The translations under genes and the position numbers were made by a program. The notes under the pieces were generated by a model. It worked only from the letters and a program-made list of their open reading frames with translations. It was not told the DNA's origin and ran no database searches. A DNA stretch of 64,000 bases from contig OX597835.1 of NCBI GenBank assembly GCA_951406725.2, positions 4,402,001-4,466,000 on the forward strand, in the 5' to 3' direction. Of this stretch, positions 46,057 to 58,791 are shown piece after piece (the first letter of the stretch is position 1; every line of letters begins with the position of its first letter). Origin of the DNA: Octopus vulgaris. Lineage: Eukaryota.

Positions 46057-46855
46057 AATTTTCTTTCTTTGTCATTTATTTTTTTGTTGCGGAAAATGAA
46101 CAAAAAATAAGCGAGAAAGAAAAAAATACGATCGATAACAGATAGGTATTCAAAATGTGCACATGCACTTCAGACTTATTCTCTCGTTCCTATATGCTCA
46201 GTGGCTAGGTAAAAAATAGACAAACGAGAACTGAGCTGGTATGAGAATACAGGCGATTGCCAAACTGAATGACGGGATCTTCATACCAGGCAATACCATA
46301 TTACTTAGTGTACATCCAGTTCAAGAAACATCGAATCAGATGTTTACCCTACCCCATAGCAGGTCACTATGTTATCATCTGCGCCATCTTTCCACCATTG
46401 GTTTGATGCTGCAGACATCGAAGCTGTAAAGACAAAAGTTATTTCTTTCTTCTATATTTCCTTTCTTTGAAAAGCTAACGTGGCACTAAGCATACACATA
46501 AGGGGATACCCATTGACTTCCTTGAGGTCAGTGTGTCCTTTGACAGGTCTTATCATCCGGCAATGTGTCCAAAATCAGCCTCGTCATCAAACAATTTTGC
46601 TTGTGTTGTCAACGACCCAAACACCCGTTCAATTGCATTGGACTAAATATTACCAGAAGTTATTATAATGACATCACACAGATATGTGTGTAAGCGAGTC
46701 TGTGTGCATAACTCTCTCAAATTAATCAAAGAAACGATTAATTAGCTGCTTAAATAGCAAACAAATTGACAAATGAAGGAGTGAAACCGAACCAATGCGT
46801 GCGATTACTGGCATTATAACCCTCCCGAATACAACAAAATGTATATTCAAACTTT

Positions 46856-46910
<55 letters not shown>

Positions 46911-46912
<2 letters not shown>

Positions 46913-47049
46913 TTTATTTTAAAGCAGCAGAAAATTCAACAAAACCTGTTTTGTTGAATTTTCTGCTGCTTTGAAATAAAGCATATTACTCTACCCCTGG
47001 TATTTGAGTACTCTTTTTTCCACCTTGTTTCACATTTATGTGTTTACTC

Positions 47050-47052
<3 letters not shown>
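46911..47052 (+). mobile_element. Hairpin-headed element within (TA)n; same family as 48988-49150
   Basis: CTTTATTTTAAAGCAGCAGAAAATTCAACAAAAC-CT-GTTTTGTTGAATTTTCTGCTGCTTTGAAATAAAG hairpin, followed by a tail nearly identical to 49046-49150. Confidence 0.75.
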
Positions 47053-47128
<76 letters not shown>

Positions 47129-47365
47129 ATACTTAGTGTTGCTAGATTTTATTATATTACTTTTTGAATTAAAATAGAAAAATAAGCATTTTTCTATTTT
47201 AAATTAGTTATTAATCACTTCCTACAAAATTTATTGTAAATAACGAACATACTTTAAAGTATAAACAGTAAAAATACTATTCAGAAAAATGAAGTATAAA
47301 TTTGAATAGCTTTAATTTGTATTTTCGTTCTCGATTTTCGGCTACAATGGCATATATACATATGT

Positions 47366-48098
47366 ACGTATGTATGTATGTATGTATGTATGTATGTATG
47401 TATGTATGTATGTATGTATGTATGTATGTATGTATGTATGTATGTATGTATGTATGTATGTATGTATGTATGTATGTATGTATGTATGTATGTATGTATG
47501 TATGTATGTATGTATGTATGTGTGTATGTATGTATGTTTGTATGTATGTATGTATATATGTTTGTATGTATGTATGTATGTATGTATGTATGTATGTATG
47601 TATGTATGTATGTATGTATGTATGTATGTATGTATGTATGTATGTATGTATGTATGTATATGTATGTATGTATGTATGTATGTTTGTATGTATGTATGTA
47701 TGCATGCATGTATGTATGTATGTATGTATGTATGTATGTATGTTTGTATGTATGTATGTATGTATGTATGTTTGTATGTATGTATGTATGTATGTATGTA
47801 TGTATGTATGTATGTATGTATGTATGCATGCATGTATGTATGTATGTATGTATGTTTGTATGTATGTATGTATGCATGCATGTATGTATGTATGTATGTA
47901 TGTATGTATGTATGTATGTATGTTTGTATGTATGTATGTATGCATGCATGTATGTATGTATGTATGTATGTTTGTATGTATGTATGTATGTATGTATGTT
48001 TGTATGTATGTATGTATGCATGCATGTATGTATGTATGTATGTATGTATGTATGTTTGTATGTATGTATGTATGTATGTATGTATGTATGTATGTATG

Positions 48099-48100
<2 letters not shown>
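47366..48100. repeat. (TATG)n array, ~730 bp, with TTTG/TGCA variant units
   Basis: Seen directly in the sequence. Confidence 0.96.
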
Positions 48101-48133
<33 letters not shown>

Positions 48134-48942
48134 ATCTATCTATATACATATATATTTATATTTATACTTATACATATTTACATATATTTTTATACATATT
48201 TACGTTTATTTATTTATATATTTTTAATACAATTATTTTTCACACGTGTATATCTTTCTGAGGAGTTTTGATATTGATTTCGTAATATTAATAATAATAT
48301 ATTATATTATATTATATATATATATATATATACATTCTCCTACACACGCACGCACACAAATACATACGTACAAACATATATAATATATATTGCATATATA
48401 TATATATATATATATACACACGCACATGCACACACGCACATGCACACACACATACAAACTCAAGCAGTCCTAGACAGGTAGTTTAAAAACTTATCGCCCA
48501 TGTGTCTCCGCCCCTTATTTCCAAAGCTACCGTTAGAGGGCGTTGTCAGCAGCCAACGAGAGGCTTTGACAACGTTTAGCAAATTGTTGTTTGGCATGAG
48601 GCAGGACAAGTAGACCACCGGCGCTTGGTCGTATTTGCGTGTATGCAGGGGAGTGAGGGTGTGTATGTGACTGTGTACACACGCAATATATATATATATA
48701 TATATACATATATATATGTGTATACCACCATGCTTCCATATATATATATATAAAATTAAATAAGGGTAGAAATTGATATTAATCAATTAAAATCAGTGGC
48801 CTAGCATATTTTAAAATAATACGAAGATTAAAAATGCTTTTACATAGAAAATTTAGAGGACTGACCACTAAAAAAATAGACAGTCAGTTCTCTAGTACTC
48901 TAAATTTTGTAAATACATATATATATATATTTATTCACAAAC

Positions 48943-48990
<48 letters not shown>

Positions 48991-49007
48991 TACTTTATTT
49001 AACTAAA

Positions 49008-49046
49008 CTGTCCGACGAACGGGAACGTGAAACTCCGAGTAAAAGG
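49008..49046 (+). ncRNA. Degenerate hammerhead-like motif
   Basis: CTGT-CCGACGA-ACG-GGAA-CGT-GAAA-CTCCGAG-TA-AAAGG, with a U4 to C change in the core. Confidence 0.45.
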
Positions 49047-49148
49047 TTTTGTTGAATTTCTGCTGCTTTTAAATAAAGCATATTACTCTACCCCTGGTAT
49101 TTGAGTACTCTTTTTTTCCACCCTGTTTCACATTTATGTGTTTACTCC

Positions 49149-49211
<63 letters not shown>

Positions 49212-49254
49212 CGGGGAATATCGGTTGTCAAGCCGGACAAACACAAACAAACAC

Positions 49255-49312
<58 letters not shown>

Positions 49313-49332
49313 TTACCACACAGCCACTCCGG

Positions 49333-49400
<68 letters not shown>

Positions 49401-50206
49401 GTGACTCATGGTTCGATAGTTTTCGTGCGTTGGCACTTGTCAAATTTACAAACATTTGATGAGCTAATAAAAGACGTATATACACTCATGTTTTGAGTTC
49501 TATTTTTCCTGTTTGCATCATCAAACCTACACACATAAACATGTATACATTTGTATATTCTTTTATTCTTTTACTTGTTTCAGTCATATATACGTCTATA
49601 TATGTATAAATCTTTATATATATACGTATATATATATGTGTGTGTGTGTGCATTAACCCCAGGTCGGCTGTAGAACTGCAGATGTGAAGAAAACCCCAAA
49701 CATCACGAGATAATTAGACTCTTAGGTAGGGCTCTGTTAATTGTGTGACACACAGTCTTACTGGGGGTGGTGGGGGAGAAGAGATTTGAAGTTTGCCATC
49801 AGTTTCACCCATCTCCAAGTGCTCAGCTACCAACTCCAATATTTCTATGTTCAAACGAACTACTTTATTTTTTCACACTCACGTATGCATTGTGTGTGCG
49901 TGTGTGTGTGTAGATGGCGGCCGTCTATTGGTTGCAATACAATTATATTTCTTTAAGCTTGATCAATGAAACGGTCACGTGAGCAATTACTTTATATGAA
50001 TGTATATATATTTAGGAACATGGTCATCAATTTGATCGATAATTAGGGAATTCAAGCGACAACAGGAAGTATTAATTATATACTAAATGCGTGTATGCGC
50101 ACGCATGTAAGTATAAGCCTTTCCTTCTTTCCTGAGCGTCCAATAATACTATACTTGTTCCACGTCCTCGCGTTGTGTTTTCTCTTTGTGTTTTCATGTT
50201 TGATTA

Positions 50207-50295
<89 letters not shown>

Positions 50296-50623
50296 CAATT
50301 TAATAAATAAAACATATGCATACATATATGTAAATACCTACATCTATATGTATATATACATGCATATATGAGTACAGGACACCACAAATAAACGTAGAAC
50401 GCAACGAGAAACGAAAACAAAAACAAAACAAGGAAACGGACTTTTTTTAACAACGAAAAAACAGAGTACAAGACAAACAACACAAGGAACATTCCCCTTC
50501 TTCAGCTGCTCCTGTTCCGACTCAATGCGTGTTTCGAAGGTAAGGGCAGAACACGACCACGCCGAAGTAATCCTTCCCGCAAAATGAATTAAATAAATTT
50601 TTTTTTTACGGAGGGGTAAAATA

Positions 50624-50747
50624 CAGGGTGTCCCAAAAAATGTATACACATAGTGGTTCGGCAAAAGAGAACGATAGAATAAGTACTAGGCTTACAAAGA
50701 ATAACAAATTTAAAATTATTTAAGGTGCGTATATATTTTTTTGGGAC

Positions 50748-50753
<6 letters not shown>
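50624..50753. mobile_element. Tc1/mariner-type MITE containing a SINE fragment
   Basis: TA|CAGGGTGTCCCAAAAAATGTATACAC ... GTGCGTATATATTTTTTTGGGACACCCTA|TA terminal inverted repeats. The interior 50653-50704 matches SINE family C. Confidence 0.75.
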
Positions 50754-50791
<38 letters not shown>

Positions 50792-52035
50792 GTATGTATG
50801 TACGTGTGTGTGTGTGTGTGTGTGTGTGTGTAGTATCTTAATAAACACGGCTAATTTAGCTATTAAAAAGATTAAAAAGAAAATGATGAACAACCTACCA
50901 GGGTTACCGCCTACACCAACGACAGTAGATGGCAGTGTATCTGACACTCTATATTATTGACCTATATTTATATTTATTATATTTATATTTATATCTTATA
51001 TTTATCTTATAGACCCCAGAAAGACAAAAGGATTAGCTAACTTCGGCGACGTTTGAACTCACAATGTAACCGCCCATAACTAAAGGCCACGAGGTATTTT
51101 GTCCGATAAACAATTCCCCTGCTTCATTGACATAGGAAATTCAGATATATTCTGGAGGGTGTCTAATCGAATTAATGGAACCGCATTATATCACTGGTAC
51201 CAACCACTATGTTATCACTTTAGTTGTTAGAAATAGCCACCAAATCGCCTTCCTATCATACTCTACAGTCTTAAATAAAGAAGGCACACATCAGGTGGCC
51301 AAGCATGATAGCCACAGGTCATCTGGGGCTGCACATAGTAACCACAGCTTTGCTCAAATGAATAGGAATGGTTCTCCGTCGGTTTTGACGATGAAGATTG
51401 AGTCGTTTGATCAGTTGAACTACAAACACGTTGAATTAGCATGTAAGTGACTGAGTATTCCGCAGGCAGGATCAATGTGGAACAGTAAGTCACAAGGCTG
51501 GACATTTGGAATTACTAATACAGTGACGGGCTCCCACTCATTACTCGTCAATCTGTTTTCACTCACAATTCATGAAATGAATCGAGGCCATAGAAAAAGA
51601 CACTTGCATAAAATGCCTCGCGGTGGGATCGATCCCAGTACCTCATGATTACAAAGCGAATTCCTTAACCATTTGGCCATACTGATACAGTAACATTAAT
51701 TTATAAGCGTCGTAATAAAGGAACACATTTTGAGGGGGTGGGCATAATTGTGTTATGTATATCTATAACGATCAATTAATTAATTGTTTGGATTAGACAT
51801 AAGGGTATCGCTGGTGGTCATTTAATCAGCCCCCCACCCCGCATACCCACCCCGTCCTCGTGTTAATGATTGTTAATCGCGTTAATCCGTTTCGATGATA
51901 TCTGGCTGTAAAGAGGTTATGTAAATAGATAAAGGGCTGCTCAACGTGAAAGAAATAGAAATCAAATCTCCATCAAATCACAGCCGTAAAAATAGATATG
52001 GTAACGTGTTGTGTTTGGATGGTCACGGTATGAAT

Positions 52036-52262
52036 GGCGAGCTGGCAGAAACGTTAGCACGCCGGGCGAAATGCTTAGTGGTATTTCGTCTGCATTACGT
52101 TGTGAGTTCAAATTCCGCCGAGGTCGACTTTGCTTTTCATCCTTTCGGGGTCGATAAATTAAGTACCAGTTACGCACTGGGGTCGATGTATTCGACTTAA
52201 TACCTATGTCTGTCCTTGTTTGTCCCCTCTGTGTTTAGCCCCTTGTGGGTAATAAAGAAATA
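52036..52262 (+). mobile_element. SINE family A with TSD
   Basis: Highly similar to 14109-14340; GGTATGAATGG is repeated at 52027 and 52263. Confidence 0.88.
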
Positions 52263-52571
52263 GGTATGAATGGTTTCGATTGGTCGCTTCGATCAGGTAT
52301 AAGCAACAACAACAACAGCAGCAGCAGCCGTTCAAGAATTTGGACCTGGAGATCTTCATTTCCAGCGACTTCGAAGGCCACCTCCCAGAAGTGTCGGGCG
52401 TCGACGAAGAGCCCTCGACTAAAAGACGACCAAAGTTTTTTTTTTTTTTCCCAAGGTCTGGGGTCTCCCGCCCCTAAGCCCTAGACCATCACCTAATCAC
52501 TCTTACCCGTCTTGTTGCTTAACAACAACAATAACTACAACAGCAGCAGTAGCAGTTGCAGGAACATGAGA

Positions 52572-52891
52572 AGGAGGGACCTGTATGTGGCCAATGAACT
52601 TGCTAGAACTAGCAGCCAAATCTTTCTGAAAACCGATCTTAACTTTTAGAAGACAAAGTAAAAAAAAAAAAAATTACTGTATGTTGTCCTTGTTTCCACT
52701 GTCAGATGAAATAGTCATGGTTGGAATTTCTGGAAAGTCTGTTTTACTTTGAAATAAAAACGAAAACAAGCATCTCGCTCTCTATCACTACGACCACCAC
52801 CATCGTTACTACTACTACTACTACTACTACCACCACTACCACCACTACAACCACCACCGCCGCCGCCGCCGCCGCCACCACGACCACCACG

Positions 52892-52949
<58 letters not shown>

Positions 52950-52950
52950 T

Positions 52951-52992
<42 letters not shown>

Positions 52993-53250
52993 ATCCACCC
53001 CATACTCACACACCAAAAAGTTGAAGGTGGCTTCTTAAGTGGCTCTTAAAATCTGCTGGAAATAGCAGCCACAAATCTCCCGTGTGAAGTGGTTATCAAA
53101 CCAGGAAACACTAAATAATGTAATCTTAGATTCATTTGTGTGAAAAACAAAAAAAACAAAATTAAAGACGACGGTATGGTCACAAATGGAACGCCTTTGA
53201 TCAATAGTGCAGGTCTCTTAGTGGAGATTTAGATTTTAAACAACAACAAC
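52572..53250 (+). repeat. Two copies of an old interspersed repeat (GAAATAGCAGCCAAATCTCC...ATGGTCA..GCTGGAAT...AACAAC)
   Basis: The motif recurs near 3410, 31635-31940, 37257 (-), 51230, 51950, 52605 and 53058. Confidence 0.5.
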
Positions 53251-53259
53251 AACAATTAC

Positions 53260-53682
53260 AATCATTCTTTCTTTCCTTCTTTTATTTCCCTTTCTTCCTT
53301 ACATTTCTTCTCTTTCTCTTTCTCTTTCCTCTTTGCCCTCCCCTCCCCTTTTCTCACTCTTCCCTTACCTCCTTCCCCCTCTTTCATCGACCTAACGTTT
53401 CCCTCATTCCCCGTCTCCCCTTCTTTCTCTTCCTTTTACTCTATCTCCCCACTGCCGTATTCCCCCTCCCTCTCTCTCGCTCACATGATCTCCCTCTCAT
53501 TACTCTCCTATCATAATTCCTTTTCTTTCCCCTTTTTTTCCCCCCACTTCCTTGTTTTTACTCTTTTACGACTTCGTTCCCTCCTCCACTTCCCTCCCTC
53601 TCATCATTCGCTCCTCCTCCTCCTCCTCCGTTCTTGTCCTCCACCCAGCATTTCTACTATTTCTCCCCTTTTCTCACATACC

Positions 53683-53735
<53 letters not shown>

Positions 53736-54225
53736 GAACATTCCTGCCTCACACCATTCCCCCACCCCACTTATCGTCTGCCGCTGCTACCGCCATGACT
53801 TCTCCCACTTCCTTCTCTCTTTACATCACCTGACGTCATTCACCGCTCAGTCTTCCTCCTTCCTCCTCCCACCTCTCACTATCTTCTCGTTTGGTTTCAT
53901 GTCATCTCTCTTCCTCCCCTTCTCTGTGTCCTTCTCTCTCTCTCATCTAATATTCCTCCTCCTCCTCTCTTTTCTTTTTAGTAACTTCTTCGCCGTTTTT
54001 CGCCGCCGCCATCATCGTCATCGTCATCGTAGCCGCCATTTTAGTCGTAACTCATATGCTACTGTTTATCTTTCTGTCTGCTTTTACTCTTTTCTTATTC
54101 GCTTGGTTTTTCTTTTTCCCTCTACTTTTTTTTCTCCTCCAACTCTGTGACGAAGGAGGCGACGGCAGAGGCGGCGGCGGCGGCGGCTCCTGCTGCTGCT
54201 GCTAGCTTCCTCTTCATTAGTGGAA
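53260..54225 (+). promoter_or_regulatory. Pyrimidine-rich putative promoter/5'UTR of Lbx
   Basis: About 900 bp of strongly C/T-biased, transposon-free sequence directly upstream of the ATG. It contains (CT)n at ~53684-53733 and a perfect CRE-type palindrome TGACGTCA at 53831-53838. The TSS cannot be determined. Confidence 0.4.
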
Positions 54226-54459
54226 ATGTCCACATCAGGTTGTGGCGGGTCATCTGAGACAGAGGAGAAGAGCCGTCCAGATCGGTACGGACCTATACGA
54301 AGGTTAGCCATGGTGCAATTACATCCGCCCAGGAATCCCAATAAGCCGTTTACGGCCTTCAGCATCAAGGACATTCTCGGACACCGTCATAACAGCACGA
54401 GCGTTAGCAACAACAACACCGCAAACACCGCCATTACTAACAGCAACAACAACAACAAC

Positions 54460-54490
<31 letters not shown>

Positions 54491-56044
54491 CGTTCTCTCC
54501 TTTCTCGTCGGTGGTGGGCAATAATGACGATGACCACATACGGACAACTACAATAACGACAACAACAACGCCAACAACAAACACGACTTCTACCATCAAC
54601 AACAACAATAACAACAACAAAACTAACAGCTTTGCAAGCACAACAACTGCGACGTTAACAACATCATCATCATCATCATTATTATTATCATCATCACCAT
54701 CATCGTCATCATCATCACCATCGTTATCACCGTTATCATCATCATCAACAACAACCACTTCTACTACAACGTCGACGGTTGCTAATCATCACAATCGCAA
54801 AAACAACAACAGCAGCAGCAACAACAACAGTAATAGTCATGTCCATTCTGTCCATCGCACCGGCCACTCACACCACCACCCACACTACCACCACCACCAT
54901 CACTATCATCATCACCAAACAACAACAACAACGGACAACAACAAACGGTTGTCGGTCAACAATGAAACGGGTGGCGAGACGACAACCGTAACAGCAACAA
55001 CAGCGACCGTTACAACAACAGCAACAACAACAACAACAACAGCATCAACGACACCACCACCAGCACCAGCACCAGCACCAGCACCACCACCACGAACAAC
55101 ATCAACAACACCAACACCAATAACAACAACAACAACAACAACGGTAATACCGTCGCCCCCAACACCACCTCCATCGTCCACCCCAACACCAACACCACCG
55201 CCACCATCATCGCAACCACCCTCACCGCCATCGTCGTCATCACCATCACCCACAGGCCTAGCAACAACAACAACAACAGCAATAGGGGTCAAAGACAACA
55301 AGCTCAGCCCCACCCACATATCGAAAATCTCCCCCATCGCCCCCAATAAACAATACCCGCGTATCGAACGCATCGATCACTTGGACTACTACCACCCGCA
55401 CTACAACAACAGCACGCACCACCGCGACGTCCACCTGCACCATCACAACAACAACAACAACAACAAAAACAACAGTTATGAAACAAGTAATAATATTAAC
55501 AACAACAACAACAACAACAGCAATAGCAATAACAACAACACCCATGGCCGTTTCTACCGTGGCCACCACCCGCTACGTACCCCGCAGTTGCAAAACACAC
55601 AGAATAGCCATCACCAGCATCATCATCATCAGCAACAACAACATCCTCATCAACCACTCCAACAACAACAACAACAACAACAATCACAACAGCATCATCA
55701 TCATCATCAACCACATCATCACTACAGCAACCAACAGGCGAGTCGGAGAGGCTTTACCGGTAACCACCATCGCAGCGCTCGCATTACGGCGACCACGATT
55801 TCGAACGGAGCTCGCATCGTCCGACCGTGGGACACCGGCGCGGACAGTGATAACAACACGTCGTCGGATGTGGAAGGTGAAGATGAAGGGGAAGAGGACG
55901 GGGAGGACGAGGACGAAGAGGAAGAGATTAATGTTGATGATGATGCTCCGATCCCGTCCATCGTGAAAACCGTTTCGCCACTGGATGCTCTTATGGAAAT
56001 GGCTAACAAAACGTTCGAAGGGTTGGAAACCACGGATTCTGTCG
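54226..56044 (+). CDS. Lbx: Ladybird/Lbx-family homeobox transcription factor, coding exon 1 (homeobox exon outside window)
   Basis: 1.8 kb stop-free frame. LHPPRNPNKPFTAFSIKDILG resembles vertebrate Lbx1 HLPPPANSNKPLTPFSIEDILN (eh1), and SPLDALMEMANKTFEGLE (from 55975) resembles Lbx1 SPLCALEELASKTFKGLE. First ATG is 54226, after an in-frame TGA at 54148; an alternative gccATGg lies at 54310. The exon ends at G|GTAAGT (56044/56045, phase 1), shortly after the SPL box as in Lbx genes. Confidence 0.9.
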
Positions 56045-56230
56045 GTAAGTGGCTTCCATAGTATTTTTAGGGACACAACACATATGAATGCATGCACACA
56101 TGCATGCATACATACATACATACACACTTACACATACATACACATATAAGTGTTTACATGTATATAATATGTGATATAATGTAATATGATTTAATATATA
56201 TACACACATACAGACACAAATATATATATA

Positions 56231-56275
<45 letters not shown>

Positions 56276-56280
56276 CACAT

Positions 56281-56382
<102 letters not shown>

Positions 56383-56435
56383 TTGTTATCGCCATATTAA
56401 TATGGCATTCTTATAGGGAATTCGTAATTTTAATA

Positions 56436-56486
<51 letters not shown>

Positions 56487-56809
56487 CATATATCAATGTA
56501 TATATTATATAAGCAGATATATATTTACAATGTTTTCTTATTTTTTCGATCATGCGATATCGTTTACTTCTATCACATTCACACATAACTCTCTTTCTTT
56601 CTTTCTTTCTTTCTCACTCTTTCTTTCTTTCTTTTTCACTCTCTCTTTCTCTCTGTCTATTTATCTATCTGTCCCACTATCTCTTTCTCTCTCACTCTCT
56701 CTCTCACATACACACATACTATTTCACAGTTTGTCTGCATATATCTGTCTTTCTGTCCTTTCCCCCACTTGTTATTTTTCTCTGTCACTAAATTATTCGT
56801 CGGTGTCTA

Positions 56810-57387
56810 TATGTATGTATGTATGTGTGTATGTATGTATGTGTATGTATGTGTGAGTATGTATGTATGTATGTATGTATGTACGTATGTGTATGTATGT
56901 ATGTATGTATGTATGTATGTATGTGTGTGTATGTATGTATGTATGTATGTATGTATGTATGTATGTGTATGTATGTGTGAGTATGTATGTATGTATGTAT
57001 GTATGTATGTATGTATGTATGTATGTATGTATGTATGTATGTATGTATGTATGTATGTATGTATGTATGTATGTATGTATGTATGTATGTATGTATGTAT
57101 GTATGTATGTATGTATGTATGTATGTATGTGTATGTATGTGTGAGTATGTATGTATGTATGTATGTATGTATGTATGTATGTATGTGTATGTATGTGTGA
57201 GTATGTATGTATGTATGTATGTATGTATGTATGTATGTGTATGTATGTGTGAGTATGTATGTATGTATGTATGTGTATGTATGTGTGAGTATGTATGTAT
57301 GTATGTGAGTATGTGTGTATGTATGTATGTATGTATGTATGTGTGTATGTATATATGTATGTATGTATGTATGTATGTGTATATGTA
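56810..57387. repeat. (TATG)n array with a recurring GTGTGAG variant
   Basis: Seen directly in the sequence. Confidence 0.95.
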
Positions 57388-57570
57388 TTTGTGTCTCTGT
57401 TCTCCCACCATCACTTCATAACCGATGTTGGTGTGTTTACGTACTCGTAACTTTGCAGTTCGGCCAAAGACACCGATAGAATAAGTACTAGGCTTACAAA
57501 GAATAAATCCTAGGGGCGATTTGTTCGACCAAAGGCGGTGCTCCAGCATGGTCGTAGTCAAAGCATAAAA
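57388..57570 (+). mobile_element. SINE family C 3' half (others at ~15495-15720 and ~18775-18965)
   Basis: ACCGATGTTGGTGTGTTTACGT..GATAGAATAAGTACTAGGCTTACAAAG..GCTCCAGCATGG. Confidence 0.8.
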
Positions 57571-57868
57571 GTATATATATATATATATATATATATATAC
57601 CCACACACACACGCACATGCATTTATATACATCTGCATTTAGTTCTATGTAACTATGTTATACACATATACACATACATGCAGGTATATGTACATTTACA
57701 CACGCACACACATATAGTTGTATAGATTGAAACATTCTTTGTGCCTAAGTATAGTAAAAAGAGTTTTTATATGCTTATATATGTATCAAATTAATATAGG
57801 CAGCGGTATGCATTGTTTACCCAAAAGGAAAGCCATAATCGTAAAAAAATATAACTTTTAACGCCCTA

Positions 57869-57915
<47 letters not shown>

Positions 57916-57922
<7 letters not shown>

Positions 57923-58087
57923 GAAATGAGGTACTCAGAAATTTGGATGGTTTTATATTTACATATATTTATTAGGATGTTACATGTTTTTATAAATCAT
58001 ATATCATATATAAAAACATGTAACATACTAATGAATATCTGTAACTATAAAACTATCCGGATTCCTGAGTACCTCATTTCTTCTAAT
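57916..58087. repeat. ~170 bp imperfect hairpin in (TA)n (Lbx intron)
   Basis: TTAGAAGAAATGAGGTACTCAG...TGTTACATGTTTTTATA / TATAAAAACATGTAACA...CTGAGTACCTCATTTCTTCTAA. Confidence 0.88.
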
Positions 58088-58119
58088 ATATAATACCTGT
58101 ACATCATCTCCAAACCTTC

Positions 58120-58184
<65 letters not shown>

Positions 58185-58352
58185 GGCGTAGTAGTGGCTG
58201 TGTAGTAAGTAGCTTGCTAACGAACCACATGGTTCCAGGTTCAGTCCCACTGCGTGGCACCTTGGGCAAGTGTCTTCTACTATATAACCTCGGGCCGACC
58301 TAAGCCTTGTGAGTGGATTTGGTAGACGGAAAATGAAAGAAACCCGTCTTAC

Positions 58353-58398
<46 letters not shown>

Positions 58399-58754
58399 GT
58401 GTGAGTGTGTGTGTAAGTATAAACGCATAATGTATCAGCTCGAATATGAAAATAAAGTATTGCGTAATCCAACGGGGGTGTATAAACCAATATGTCCATA
58501 TGCTTAGAAGAATATATATCACATCTATTGCATACATATGCGTGCAAAAGTACATTCGTATTTACATGTACGTAGAAGTATCTCATCGTTTATCGATGTA
58601 TTTAAATATTTATCGATCTCACTGTATATGTATTTACTTGTATATACTGATTTTATTCATAAATATATAAAGTTATGCATTATGTATAGATTAACACATA
58701 TTGTCTATCCGTCTATCCATCCATCGTTCTATCTATCTATCTATCTATCTACCG

Positions 58755-58791
<37 letters not shown>

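Noticed and set aside
53485-54150. 221 aa S/L/F-rich ORF upstream of Lbx
   Set aside because: Polypyrimidine sequence lacks stop codons by composition, and the ORF ends before the Lbx ATG. A uORF role is unsupported.
54226-56044. Assignment as engrailed or another eh1-containing gene
   Set aside because: The PxNxNKPxTxFSI context and the SPLxALxExAxKTFxGL box are Lbx-like. The homeodomain is not visible, so a small doubt remains.
54220-56061. 613 aa single-exon protein as given in the ORF track
   Set aside because: The track starts at a GTG and reads through a consensus splice donor; the tail KWLP* is intronic.
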